Made by a program: the position numbers and the translations under genes. The notes beneath the pieces are model-generated. The model was not told the origin of the DNA, did no database searches, and was given only the letters and a program-made list of their open reading frames with translations. A DNA stretch of 64,000 nucleotides from a bacterium (GTDB taxonomy: Bacteria > UBA8248), in contig CBDBBI010000010.1 in NCBI GenBank assembly GCA_965202625.1, positions 183,311 through 247,310 on the forward strand, in the 5' to 3' direction. Below are positions 30,597-40,557 of the stretch, one piece after another; position 1 is the stretch's first letter, and every line of letters begins with the position of its first letter.

Positions 30597-31721
30597 GGCT
30601 TCTGAGTGCCTTGTAAGCCCGCTTGGCGGGGCCGACGTAGCGCGCCCGGGGGCGGATGAGACGATTATCGGCCTGCTGCTCCAGGATGTTGGCCGTCCAG
30701 CCGGCGACCCTTGACATGGCGATGATGGGAACGAACAGCTCCATGGGGATTCCCAGGCCTTGCCACAGGGGAGCGGAGTAGAAGTCCACGTTCGGAATGA
30801 CGCCTTTTCTGCTTCGAACCGCGCGATCGAGTGCCCGCGCCATGTCGAACCATTTGCTCTCCCGCCCGGGACGGTGGGATATCTCATCTGCCAGTTCGAT
30901 GAGGACGTCTGCGCGGGGGTCCCCGTTCCTGGCGTACACCCGGTGGCCGAACCCCATGAGCAGCCTTTTTTGCGCGCCTCCTCGACGAAGGGTTCCACGG
31001 CCTCTATCGATCCGATTTCCTTCAAGGTTTCCATGACCGCCAGTCCGGCACCCCCGTGCAGCGGGCCTTTCAGGGCGCTGACGCCCGCCGTGACGGCGGA
31101 ATAGATGTCTGACATCGTGGAGGTGACGACCCGCGTTGCGAAGGTCGAGGCGTTGATCTCGTGCTCCGCGTACAGGACGAGCGTGGCGTCGAGCGCGCGG
31201 GCGTCAGCTTTGTCGGGAGTCTCTCCGGTGATCATGTATAGAAAGTTCGCCGCATGTCCGAGTCCCTTGCGCGGGGTGAGGGGCTTGAGGCCGGCCGCCA
31301 GTCGATGCTGGGCGGCGATGATGGTGGGAATTTTCGCCACCAGCCGGATTGCTTTTCTGGCGTTCGCCTCGGGTGCGGCGTCCTCCGCCTCGGGGTCGAA
31401 AAGTCCCATGACGCCGACGCCCCCCCTGAGTGCCGCCGTTCTTTGCCCTCTGGAGGGGATCTGCTTCAGGGTGCGCAGCATCTCGGGCGAGAGCTTTCGC
31501 TCGGCCTTAAGGTTTTGGTCAAACGCTTTCAGGCGCTCGCGTGTGGGCAATTCCCCGCGCCATAGGAGATAGACGATTTCCTCGAAAGTCGCCCTTTGGC
31601 GCACCATCTCCGGCACGTCATACCCGCAATAGGCCAAAACGCCGTTCACGCCGTCGAGATCGCATATGCGCGTGTCGGTCGCTATGACGCCCTCAAGTCC
31701 CCGGATGGGCGCGTCTTCCAT
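30589..31721 (-). pseudogene. prpC: citrate/2-methylcitrate synthase with a single frameshift in a T6 run (~30957-30965); may be a genuine pseudogene or a sequencing error
   Basis: N-terminal 250 aa (LHGGAG... citrate-synthase motif) in one frame (ORF ..31721); C-terminal 122 aa (GFGHRVY..., ORF 30589..30957) in another. Span 1133 nt is not a multiple of 3. Confidence 0.6.
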
Positions 31722-31746
31722 GTCGGCGTCCCTCCCGGAGCACTAC

Positions 31747-32703
31747 TCAGGCGTATATCTCAGGGTTGGCGAGCGACGTGACTCTCTCGCCCTCCACCGC
31801 TCTTTTGATGTTATCACACAAAAGTTGATAGCTGGCGCGCTGAACACTCTCGGTCTGAGCGGCATTGTGCGGGGATATGACGACGTTGGAAAACCGGTGC
31901 AGGGGGTGTGTCTTGGGCAAGGGTTCAGGATCGGTGACGTCGAGTCCCGCGCCAGCGATTCTCCCCTCTCTGATGGCCACCAAGAGCGCGTCCGTGTCCA
32001 CGTGGGGTCCGCGCGAGACGTTAATGAGAAACGCCGTTTTCTTCATGGTTTCAAGTTCTCGCTCGCCTATAATACCCTTGTTCTCGGGCGTCAGGGGCAG
32101 GGTGAGCGCCACGAAGTCCGCGCGCGGCAATAGTTCCTCAAGAGTCTCTGCCTCCTCCACCTCGAAGCCCTGCGGACGGAATTTCCTCCTCGTGCGCGTA
32201 TAGGCGAGTATCTCCATCTCGAAACCGGCGGCGCGCCTGGCGAGCGCCTGCCCTATGTTGCCGAGACCCACGATGCCAAGCGTCGCCCCTTGCAGCTGAA
32301 CGTGAAGCTTGCGCTCTCCGATCGACCAAAGCCAGGGTCTGCGCGCCATCATAAGCATCAGCGCCATCGCGTGCTCCGCCACAGGGACGCACCGCATCGA
32401 TCCGGGAGCGTTGGCGACGGGAATGCCGTGCTCCGTGGCAGCGCGCACGTCGATATTGTCGACGCCCGTCCCCACTTTTCCGACGACCTTGATGTTAGGC
32501 CCCGATTCCATCAACCCTCTCGTGATGGGGGCGAATCCGGTGACGAGCGCGCAGGCGCTTTTCGCCTCCTCACGCAAAGCGTCAGGGTGAAAAGACGCAG
32601 GGACGATGAACGTATAGCCCTCGTGCAGGTATTCTTCCATGAACGCTTTTCGGGCCGGCTGCGTTCTGGTGCGCTCATCTACGCTGAGGACGCGATGCTG
32701 CAT
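31747..32703 (-). CDS. D-isomer-specific 2-hydroxyacid dehydrogenase (NAD-binding)
   Basis: GIVGLGNIGQALARRA Rossmann motif, ...RGP..D catalytic region, 2-HADH C-terminal PHNA motif. Confidence 0.8.
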   Translation of the reverse strand: MQHRVLSVDERTRTQPARKAFMEEYLHEGYTFIVPASFHPDALREEAKSACALVTGFAPITRGLMESGPNIKVVGKVGTGVDNIDVRAATEHGIPVANAPGSMRCVPVAEHAMALMLMMARRPWLWSIGERKLHVQLQGATLGIVGLGNIGQALARRAAGFEMEILAYTRTRRKFRPQGFEVEEAETLEELLPRADFVALTLPLTPENKGIIGERELETMKKTAFLINVSRGPHVDTDALLVAIREGRIAGAGLDVTDPEPLPKTHPLHRFSNVVISPHNAAQTESVQRASYQLLCDNIKRAVEGERVTSLANPEIYA

Positions 32704-33331
32704 TTTTTCCTCCTCCGTGTTCATCTATTGCGCCCGCCATGCTCGAGACGCCGGGCCGCCATGCGGGAGGCGGGTCTGCACCTTCGCGCGCATATCCATC
32801 CCGCTCCAGCCGGTCCCGATACCACTCCTCGTTTACCCGGTTGGTGTCCGCGTCCATTCGGGCCATGTCGCAGAAAATCTCGATGCCGTTTCCGCAAGGA
32901 TCGTGAAAGTAGAAGGCGCGGTTCTCACCCAGGGTTCCGTCTCCCTCCGGGTGCGTCGGGCTGTGGACGAGAGGACCCGCGGCGATGTCGATCCCTTTCG
33001 AGCGAATGTGCCGCACCCAGGCTTCGAACTCCTCTCGGGAGCCTACCTCGAAGGCGAGGTGGTGAAGGCCGACTTCGGGTTTTCTCATGTCGCCTTCCTT
33101 GGGCGACAGGCCGGCGTCCGGATGGTATCCGATGAGGGAGATTTCGTGATGTCCCTCTGCGCAGCGCATGAAGCATATTCCCCAGGGGTTATGGGGGTTG
33201 TCCCCTGGGGCGTAGCGATCGGAGATTCTCAGGCCCATGACGTCGCGGTAGAAATGTGTGGCTTCGTCCAGATCGTGCACCTTGAGGCCAACGTGCTGAA
33301 TGCGCTTCAGGGGAGGGGGGGCGTCGCTCAT
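32675..33331 (-). CDS. VOC-family (glyoxalase/bleomycin-resistance/dioxygenase fold) protein
   Basis: IQHVGLKVHDLDEATHFYRDVMGL N-terminal VOC motif and a second HHLAFEV module; low-complexity C-terminal tail, so the exact stop is uncertain. Confidence 0.65.
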   Translation of the reverse strand: MSDAPPPLKRIQHVGLKVHDLDEATHFYRDVMGLRISDRYAPGDNPHNPWGICFMRCAEGHHEISLIGYHPDAGLSPKEGDMRKPEVGLHHLAFEVGSREEFEAWVRHIRSKGIDIAAGPLVHSPTHPEGDGTLGENRAFYFHDPCGNGIEIFCDMARMDADTNRVNEEWYRDRLERDGYAREGADPPPAWRPGVSSMAGAIDEHGGGKNAASRPQRR

Positions 33332-33361
33332 CGTGTCTCTCCTTCTGGGGATGCGCGTGGA

Positions 33362-35833
33362 CTAGGCGGTTTGCGGCGTCTCGTCCGCTCGGGTTCTTTG
33401 CATGATGAACGCCGCTGCGATGGTGAGAACGCCTACGGCGTATGCGTAATACCGTAAATCTCCCTTTATCGGGGTGATGAACGCCACGAAATTCCCCACG
33501 GGAAGGAGCAGACAAACGGAGCTGACGAACATCAAGATGCGCTCCGCTCGGTTGGCGTGCCGCGTCATGAAGTTCTCCATCCATCCGGCCCACCCGACGA
33601 TGCCGATGAGACAGGCGGCGAAGGTGATGCTTACCTCCATGGCCGTGCCGCTGAGGAGGAGAGGGGTATAAACGAACAGGAATGGCATGATGAAGAGCCA
33701 GGAGGCGAGCTTGAGAGCCTGAAAGCCGGTCTGGACCGGGTCGGATACGGCGATGGCGCTCGCCGCGTAGGCGGCCAGGGCGACCGGAGGGGTCACCGCG
33801 CTCACGACGGCTACCCAATAGCAGATGAGGTGGGCGTGCACCGTGGGGATTCCCAGATTGGTGAGCGCGATGACGCCAAAGATGACCAGCACCACATAGC
33901 TCGCCGTGATGGGCAGGCCCATGCCGACGATGTATCCAGCGATGATCACCCAGATGATGGTGAGCGGCAAAAGCCCGAAGCTGAAGTCGGTCAGCAGGAT
34001 GGAGATGCGTCCCGAGAGGTCGCTTTGCGTCGCGCAGGAGAGGAGTATGCCCAGCACACAGGCGATGCAGCCGATGACGAGCGTATTTCTGGCGCCGGCC
34101 TCAAGCGAGACCCACGTGATCCTGATGATTTCGAGAAGGAGGTCGCGAAGCCGCGTGTAGAGAATCGGGCCCGTCTCATGCTCAGGGTTTGCTGCGGAAT
34201 CGCTTTTGGAGGCGGCGATGAGAATTTCCCCGAGTTTCAGAATGATGAATCCCGCTATTGTCCAGAACAGGGCGTCTCCCCAGTTCATTCCGCGCAGCGT
34301 GTCCGCGAACCAGGAGAACGGAGCGCCCACCTTCAGCCCGAAGTAATAAGAGAAAACGCCGAAGAGGATCGAGATGCACAAGAAGGGACGGGCTGTCTTG
34401 TGCGCCGTCGGTATCTTGAGCGCCGCGAGCAACTCGCAGGACTTGAGCATGATGATGATGCAGATGGTCTTGAAGGCCGCCAGAAAAGCGGAATCCCCGA
34501 TCACGAGATAATACACCATCACGGGAATGGGCAGCAGGAAATGAAGACGCGGAACGATCCGGTTCCAGGCGGGAAGTTCCGACACGGGAACGCCGTGAAG
34601 CCCCCGCCGCACCGCGCGGATATACACCATGTAGCCCACAGACAAATAATAGAGAATGGCGGGAAGAGTCGCTATTTTCACGATCTCGAAATAGGGCGTT
34701 TCGGTGAGCTGTGCGACGAGGAAGGCGGCGCCCGCCATGATGGGAGGCATGTACGCGCCCCCCGTGGAGGCGGCCGCCTCGACCGCGCCGGCGAACTCGG
34801 AGCGGTAGCCCACCCGCTTCATGAGCGGAATGGTGAACGTTCCCGTCGTCACCACGTTGGCGACGCCGCTGCCGGATATCATGCCAAACAGACCGCTCGA
34901 CATGACGGCCGTCAGGCCGGGGCCGCCCGTTTTCTGTCCCGTCAGTCGATAGGTGGCGTCGATGAGGAATTCGCCGAGCCCCGTTTTTTCCAGAAAGGCG
35001 CCGAGGACGACGAATATGACGATGTAGGTGGCGAAAACCTCGACGATGAGACCGGTGATGCCGTCGGCCTCCAGCATCAGGAACTCGGCCACGCGGTCGA
35101 GTCCGAAGCCATCGTGAAAAAGGAGTCCCGGAGACATCTGGGCGATGGGTTGGAAGGTATAGATGAGGAACATAAAGCCGATGAGCGGAATGACAGGGCC
35201 GATGACGCGCCTGGCGATGTCGAAGCTCACCGCCGTCAGAAGCGCGGTGTATATCACCACCGAGGTGGGCACGGGGCCGCCGATGCGCGTGGTGAGCTCG
35301 ATGTTGAACATGTTCCACCAGACGATGGGGGCGACGGCCGATACGATGAACAGCCAGTCGGAGAGTGACGGAATCTCCGATATCCTCCGTCTGGTGGCTT
35401 CGTATCGATACAAAAATGCGCCGAACAGCCCGCCGCCGAGGGCGAGCAGATAGGTTCCTGCCCCCAGAAATTCGCTCCAAAGCCCGTCTCGATGGAATAC
35501 GCCCCAGTAGAACCACAGGATTAATGACGCACACATGACGACGAGGGCGAGGAACGAAAAGAATTCATCCAGATAGGCGAATCCGTCTCGAATGGGTCTT
35601 TGCCTGCTTTTGTAGACGAGGATGCACAGGGCGGCGGTCGCCAGGATATAGACGCCCTTGAAGATTTCTGATCGCGGGGGGCCGAAGTAGGAGATATGGA
35701 CGAAAAAGTAGGAAAACGCCACGGAGATGATGGAGACGATGACGTGCGGGAAGCCCCTGAGCGCGCGTGGTTTCACCATCTCGCTGGATATGAGGCCGAC
35801 CTTGATCAATATGGGCAGGAGATTCCGAAACAT
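33362..35833 (-). CDS. TRAP transporter fused permease (TAXI-type, DctQ/DctM fusion)
   Basis: 823 aa, more than 16 TM helices, characteristic of the large fused permease partner of TAXI binding proteins. Confidence 0.8.
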   Translation of the reverse strand: MFRNLLPILIKVGLISSEMVKPRALRGFPHVIVSIISVAFSYFFVHISYFGPPRSEIFKGVYILATAALCILVYKSRQRPIRDGFAYLDEFFSFLALVVMCASLILWFYWGVFHRDGLWSEFLGAGTYLLALGGGLFGAFLYRYEATRRRISEIPSLSDWLFIVSAVAPIVWWNMFNIELTTRIGGPVPTSVVIYTALLTAVSFDIARRVIGPVIPLIGFMFLIYTFQPIAQMSPGLLFHDGFGLDRVAEFLMLEADGITGLIVEVFATYIVIFVVLGAFLEKTGLGEFLIDATYRLTGQKTGGPGLTAVMSSGLFGMISGSGVANVVTTGTFTIPLMKRVGYRSEFAGAVEAAASTGGAYMPPIMAGAAFLVAQLTETPYFEIVKIATLPAILYYLSVGYMVYIRAVRRGLHGVPVSELPAWNRIVPRLHFLLPIPVMVYYLVIGDSAFLAAFKTICIIIMLKSCELLAALKIPTAHKTARPFLCISILFGVFSYYFGLKVGAPFSWFADTLRGMNWGDALFWTIAGFIILKLGEILIAASKSDSAANPEHETGPILYTRLRDLLLEIIRITWVSLEAGARNTLVIGCIACVLGILLSCATQSDLSGRISILLTDFSFGLLPLTIIWVIIAGYIVGMGLPITASYVVLVIFGVIALTNLGIPTVHAHLICYWVAVVSAVTPPVALAAYAASAIAVSDPVQTGFQALKLASWLFIMPFLFVYTPLLLSGTAMEVSITFAACLIGIVGWAGWMENFMTRHANRAERILMFVSSVCLLLPVGNFVAFITPIKGDLRYYAYAVGVLTIAAAFIMQRTRADETPQTA

Positions 35834-35980
35834 GGCGTCCCTATCTTGCGTTGGGCGATTCCACAGTTGGTTTTCGGGAGAAAAAGCGCAAAGAACTATC
35901 GGGGAGGAGGAGCGCGCTGCGGGCTCTCCTCCTCCCCGGATGATTCCGTATCCGCCGGATTCTCCGGTCGGTGCCGAGGG

Positions 35981-36973
35981 CTAGTAGCCTTTCACGACCT
36001 CCTCGGGGACCGCCACGCCGCGCTCCTTCCAATAGCGCGCGGCGGCCGGATGCACCCAAATCTTGTGCACTTTCAGCGCGTTGAAGTTGCCGCTCAGGTC
36101 GCGCCAATACCGCGCCGTCTTGGTCAGCTGCTTGAGGTTGTCCGGATCCGCGATGACCTTCAGCATGTTGTAGATGGCGGCGTCGGACATCTGTTTGTGA
36201 GCGATCCACCACACGTCGTAGGCGATGGAGCGCGCGGGCGCGGTCATTCCCCGGACTTCCTCTTGGGGAGGAATGGTGACGGGCACGTAGAAGCGGTGGT
36301 TGGAGATCACCGCCTTTTGCTCCGCCTCGGTGAGGCCGATGTAGCGCACCGGCTTCTGAATGGAGAGCCGCGTGATCGCCGGAATGGTGAAAGGGGCACC
36401 GGCCGAGCAATATACGTCGATCTGGCGATCGCCCAGGGCGCGCCCAGAGGCGGCGAAGCCCAGATAGCGCGGCTCGATCTTGTCGAGAATGCCGACTGCG
36501 GCGAACATGTTTTTGCAGTTCACGTGGCTGCCGGTTCCCTGTTTGAGCAGGTTCACCCTCTTGCCCACCATGTCCTGATAGGACTTGATGGGGCTGTCCG
36601 CCAGAACGGCGATGATCTGGGACTGGGCGCGGACGTTGGCGACGATGCGGAAGTCCTTGCTGGCGCCGTCTTGCTTGAACAGGCCGGTGCCCGTCCATGA
36701 TTGATGGACCTGGCCCACGTGTCCCCATGAGGTGCCGAACTCGCCGAGGCTCACGCGGCGGACGTTGGCGACCGAGCCGGCGGAGGGAGAATACTGAAAG
36801 TAGAATTTTCTTCCGACTTTTCTGTTGAGAAGCTGGGTTCCCGCGCTGATGGCGGGGTGCCATCCGCCGCCGGAGGGACCGCCGCCAAAACGATAGCGCT
36901 CGGCGGCGTCCGCCGCGCCCATCATGAGCGCCATGCACGCCGTCGTCGTCAGAAAGAATGCGAATCTTTTCAT
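35981..36973 (-). CDS. TAXI-family TRAP transporter solute-binding protein
   Basis: Start at MKRFAFFLTTTACMALMMGAADA (signal peptide); ...GGGPSGGGWHPAISAGTQLL... TAXI signature; the longer ORF to 37096 is a read-through. Confidence 0.8.
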   Translation of the reverse strand: MKRFAFFLTTTACMALMMGAADAAERYRFGGGPSGGGWHPAISAGTQLLNRKVGRKFYFQYSPSAGSVANVRRVSLGEFGTSWGHVGQVHQSWTGTGLFKQDGASKDFRIVANVRAQSQIIAVLADSPIKSYQDMVGKRVNLLKQGTGSHVNCKNMFAAVGILDKIEPRYLGFAASGRALGDRQIDVYCSAGAPFTIPAITRLSIQKPVRYIGLTEAEQKAVISNHRFYVPVTIPPQEEVRGMTAPARSIAYDVWWIAHKQMSDAAIYNMLKVIADPDNLKQLTKTARYWRDLSGNFNALKVHKIWVHPAAARYWKERGVAVPEEVVKGY

Positions 36974-37384
36974 TGTCCACTCCTTTAGTAGTAGATGGTG
37001 AAAACCTGCGCGATGTGGTGATGAAGCCCCATCACCGGATGAACGCTTCATCTCTATCTCTCGTGGAGAGTTCCCTTGCGCGCAATATCCGTCCATTCTT
37101 CTGAAGCTCCCCGTCTCATGCGCGCCTAGGGGACGCCCGCCGTTTCATCAAGACTGCGATATGAATGCGTCTATTATCCCCTCTCTGAAATCCGTGTCAA
37201 GACCTGCACGCACGTCGGTACGGGACGGTAGCGAGAGGGCAGTTTTGGAAGGGAAAGGCGGGTTTTGAGGGCGAGAGCATTTTCTCTGAATGTGTGATAA
37301 GGGGATAGGGGACGCGGGAGATTCTTTCATCACCGGCGGGAGAAAATCGGCGCCATGGCGTCAACTACCTGGGGGGAGAGGAAA

Positions 37385-38362
37385 ATGAAGGCGATATGCG
37401 TGCATGAATTCGGCGGTCCTGGGGTAATGGTGCTTGAGGAGGCGGAAGAGCGGACTCCGGCGGCGGGAGAAATTCTGGTGCGGGTGCGCGCGGCGGGAGT
37501 GAACCCTGTGGACACGACCTTTCGATCGGGTGCGCATCCATTGTCAAGAAACCTTGCTCTGCCCTGGACGCCCGGCATTGACGCGGCGGGCGAGGTGATG
37601 GCCGTCGGGGAGGGCGTGAGCGGATTCTCCCCTGGCGAGAGGGTTTTTGGCGCCGCGACGAGCGGGAGTTACGCAGAACAGGCGCTTCTCAACCCGTTGC
37701 GCACGGCGAAGCTTCCCGAGGGCGTATCCTATGAGGAGGGCGCTTCCTTTCCGGTCGTTTTATACACGGCCTATTACGCCCTGATATACAAGGCGCGCAT
37801 CAGGGCGGGCGAGACGGTGCTCATCCACGCGGGGGCCGGCGGCGTGGGCTGCATGGCGATTCAAATCGCGAAGGCGGCCGGAGTTCGCGTCATCACGACG
37901 GTGAGCTCGGAGGAGAAGGCGGAATTTTGCCGAGGGTTTGGCGCCGACGTGATAGTGAATTACCGGGACGAGGATTTTGCGGAGCGTTGCCTGGCGGAGA
38001 CCGAGGGGCGCGGGGTGGACGCCGTCGTCGAGATGGTGGCGACGGATAATTTCGACAAGGACTGCCGGGCGGTCAAAAAATATGGCTGCATCGTCGTGCT
38101 GGGCGCCGGGACCGGCAAGAACCCGGTGGGTTCGGTGAACTATCCCCCCTTCTATTCCAAGGATATCGACGTCCGGGGGATGAGCCTGTTCAATTCGGAC
38201 CCCGTGTTTCCGTACATGGCGCGTCAGTTGGATCTCCTGCTCGCCGAGGGGAGAGTGCGCGCCGCCGTGGGGGAGACGATGCCGCTCGCTGAGGCCGCGC
38301 GCGCCCACGAGGCGCTGATGACGGGCGAGGTTTTCGGGAAAATCGTCTTGTCGGTTGACTAG
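37385..38362 (+). CDS. qor: NADPH:quinone oxidoreductase / zinc-type alcohol dehydrogenase-like (MDR family)
   Basis: MKAICVHEFGGPGVMVLEE... ; GAGGVGCMAIQIAK cofactor motif; 325 aa. Confidence 0.8.
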   Translation: MKAICVHEFGGPGVMVLEEAEERTPAAGEILVRVRAAGVNPVDTTFRSGAHPLSRNLALPWTPGIDAAGEVMAVGEGVSGFSPGERVFGAATSGSYAEQALLNPLRTAKLPEGVSYEEGASFPVVLYTAYYALIYKARIRAGETVLIHAGAGGVGCMAIQIAKAAGVRVITTVSSEEKAEFCRGFGADVIVNYRDEDFAERCLAETEGRGVDAVVEMVATDNFDKDCRAVKKYGCIVVLGAGTGKNPVGSVNYPPFYSKDIDVRGMSLFNSDPVFPYMARQLDLLLAEGRVRAAVGETMPLAEAARAHEALMTGEVFGKIVLSVD

Positions 38363-38464
38363 ACGAGGCGTCAAGCCCATCAAACGAGCCGGCGCGAATG
38401 GCGGCTTCGATTTGGTGCCCGGTGGGGGGCGTGCCCTTTGACGTGAAAATTTCGTAAGGAAATC

Positions 38465-38767
38465 ATGCAGAAAATCATCTGGGTGATCAAGAAAATCCTG
38501 CTGGTTTTGGTCGCTTGGGTTTTGGTCGCGGGAACTGTTGGAGCGATGATCTTCGGCGAAGTTCGTTCTTGGCCCAACTTGATCAGCGTCGCTGTGCCGA
38601 TTTTCAGTCGCGGTGGAGCGTGGAGACGGGTTGCGGCCGCCTGCGCCGGATTCGCAGCAGGAAACCTGACCGTCCTGGCTTTTCGCACGGCGGCAAAATT
38701 GTATGTTGTGGCCAAAGGGGGTTTCAGCACGCCCGCTTTCTACGACGTCATTATCCACCGCCGGTAA
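38465..38767 (+). CDS. hypothetical small membrane protein (100 aa)
   Basis: Two predicted TM helices; no recognised family. Confidence 0.3.
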   Translation: MQKIIWVIKKILLVLVAWVLVAGTVGAMIFGEVRSWPNLISVAVPIFSRGGAWRRVAAACAGFAAGNLTVLAFRTAAKLYVVAKGGFSTPAFYDVIIHRR

Positions 38768-38904
38768 CATAGCTGGCATTGGTGCTGCTGTCGTCGCTCC
38801 GATTGTGAGCTTGGGGGTGGTTTTGCTGGTTTTGTGGTGGAACCGGACCCCCCTGAAATCGTCGAAGTGATTCCCCATGTCCTGCGTGCGACTTGAAAAC
38901 CCTT

Positions 38905-39020
38905 GTAGCTGAGCAAAAATCATTGCGCATTTATGCGAAAATAATTCAGAATGCCCTGGAAAATGGCCGTTTTTCGGGCGTAAATGGCCGTGAAAAGGCC
39001 TTGAAAAGCCCTTCAAAGCG
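38905..39020. repeat. ~110-nt dispersed repeat, copy A (contains aaatggccg sub-motifs)
   Basis: ~75-80% identical to 61861..61978 by eye. Confidence 0.6.
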
Positions 39021-39250
39021 CGTCGTCGAGCGCGGCGGCGGCGAGGGTCTCCGCGTCTCCGGGCGCGGCGTCGATGGGGGATAATCGCCGCGTTCGTCAT
39101 TGCGAGCAGTCGCCTTTCCGCCCGTTCGGGTGAAAAAACACAATGGGCGTCATCGGGAAAAGTTAAGGGAGAGCGCACAGCACGCTCCGTAAGTGGGCAC
39201 TTGTAGTTCACAATGCGGATATCGGTAGCGAAGAGGATTGGGGGAAAGAC

Positions 39251-40423
39251 ATGGGCGCGTTGGACGGTATTCGCGTGCTGGACATGACGCACTACGTGGC
39301 GGGGCCGTTCTGCACGCTGATGATGGGAGATGCGGGCGCCGACGTCGTCAAACTCGAGCCGCCCGAGGGCGATCGCGTCCGGAATTTTCCCTCCTCGTTT
39401 GCGGGGGAAAGCAGGCTGTTCCTGGGTTTGAACCGCAGCAAGCGCAGCCTCGCCCTGAACCTGCGCGCGGCGCGCGGCAGGGAGATCGCCAGAAAACTGG
39501 CCTCGGATGCGGACGTGTTCGTGGAGGGCTATCGTCCGGGAGCGGTCGAGAGGCTGGGGCTGGGCGCCGACGCGTTGATGCGGGAGAACCCCCGGCTGAT
39601 TTATCTGTCCGTCTCCGCCTATGGACAGAGGGGTCCCTTGCGTGAGCGCAGGGGCATTGACCCCATCATCCAGACCACGGCGGGCATTCCGGCCGAGCAG
39701 GGGGCGGGCGGTCCTCCCCGACTCGTGCAGGGCTCTTTCGTGGATTACATTACCGGAGCACTGGCACTGGGCGCGGTGCTGATGGCGCTGTACGCCCGTG
39801 AGCGCACGGGCGAGGGGCAGCGCATCGACGCCTCGCTTCTGGGAGGCGCTGCGGCCGCCCAGTTTGGCCGTCTGATATGGGCGCCCGACTCTGAGCCTCT
39901 CTCGAGGGTGGAGGACGCCCTGAGCGACAGGATTTCCCGGATCTACGAGGTCGCCGACGGACATATCTACCTTTATCTGGACGTGGATGGTTTCTGGGAG
40001 AAATCCTGCGAGGTTCTCGGACTTCCCGAATTGCTTGAGAATGCCGCGTGGCAAGCTTTCAGAGGGCGGCATCGCGCGCGCGATGCCATTATCCCCCGCG
40101 TCCAGAAGGTTTTGCTCGGGGCGTCGGCCGAGGAATGGGTGCGGAAGTTCGAGGGCGTCGGCGTGCCCTGCGCGCGCGTGAGAAAGCCTGCGGACCTGTT
40201 CGAGGATGAACAGATGAAGGCGATGGGCTATCTCGCCCAGGCGGAGCATCCCGAATACGGCGTTTTGCGCATGGCGGGCGTTCCTGTGCAGCTCGACAAG
40301 ACGCCCTCGTCTGTGCGAAGGCCGCCGCCTCGCCTCGGGCAGCACACGGACGAAGTGCTCGGGGAGATGGGCCTCCCTCCCCGCGAGATATCCGCCTTGC
40401 GCGCCGAGGAGGTCGTTCGCTGA
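39251..40423 (+). CDS. CoA-transferase family III (CaiB/BaiF) protein
   Basis: GIRVLDMTHYVAGPFCTLMMGDAGADVVKLEPPEGD N-terminal signature of family III CoA transferases. Confidence 0.85.
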   Translation: MGALDGIRVLDMTHYVAGPFCTLMMGDAGADVVKLEPPEGDRVRNFPSSFAGESRLFLGLNRSKRSLALNLRAARGREIARKLASDADVFVEGYRPGAVERLGLGADALMRENPRLIYLSVSAYGQRGPLRERRGIDPIIQTTAGIPAEQGAGGPPRLVQGSFVDYITGALALGAVLMALYARERTGEGQRIDASLLGGAAAAQFGRLIWAPDSEPLSRVEDALSDRISRIYEVADGHIYLYLDVDGFWEKSCEVLGLPELLENAAWQAFRGRHRARDAIIPRVQKVLLGASAEEWVRKFEGVGVPCARVRKPADLFEDEQMKAMGYLAQAEHPEYGVLRMAGVPVQLDKTPSSVRRPPPRLGQHTDEVLGEMGLPPREISALRAEEVVR

Positions 40424-40557
40424 TGGATTTTGTTTTTGCGGGCGCGCGCGATTGACCGAGGGGCGTCCCCGCGCTTAGCATTTCGCCGAAACCCTGCGCG
40501 GCGACGCGATTTTTTGCGGCGAAACTCCTTCCCCATTTTCTCAAAACGGAGAGCGAA

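Noticed and set aside
28623-31721. 1032-aa ORF apparently encoding one giant protein
   Set aside because: Chimeric: citrate-synthase N-terminus, then ~120 codons of out-of-frame read-through after a T-run frameshift, then an aconitase-family gene that happens to be in the same frame. Annotated instead as frameshifted prpC plus separate acnD-like gene.
33557-35368. 603-aa plus-strand ORF
   Set aside because: Antisense shadow of the TRAP fused permease; Asp/Gly/Arg/His-rich nonsense composition.
37760-40345. 861-aa ORF on the minus strand
   Set aside because: Antisense to the qor and CoA-transferase genes and crossing an intergenic region; Arg/Pro/Gly-rich low-complexity translation typical of high-GC shadow ORFs; no motifs.
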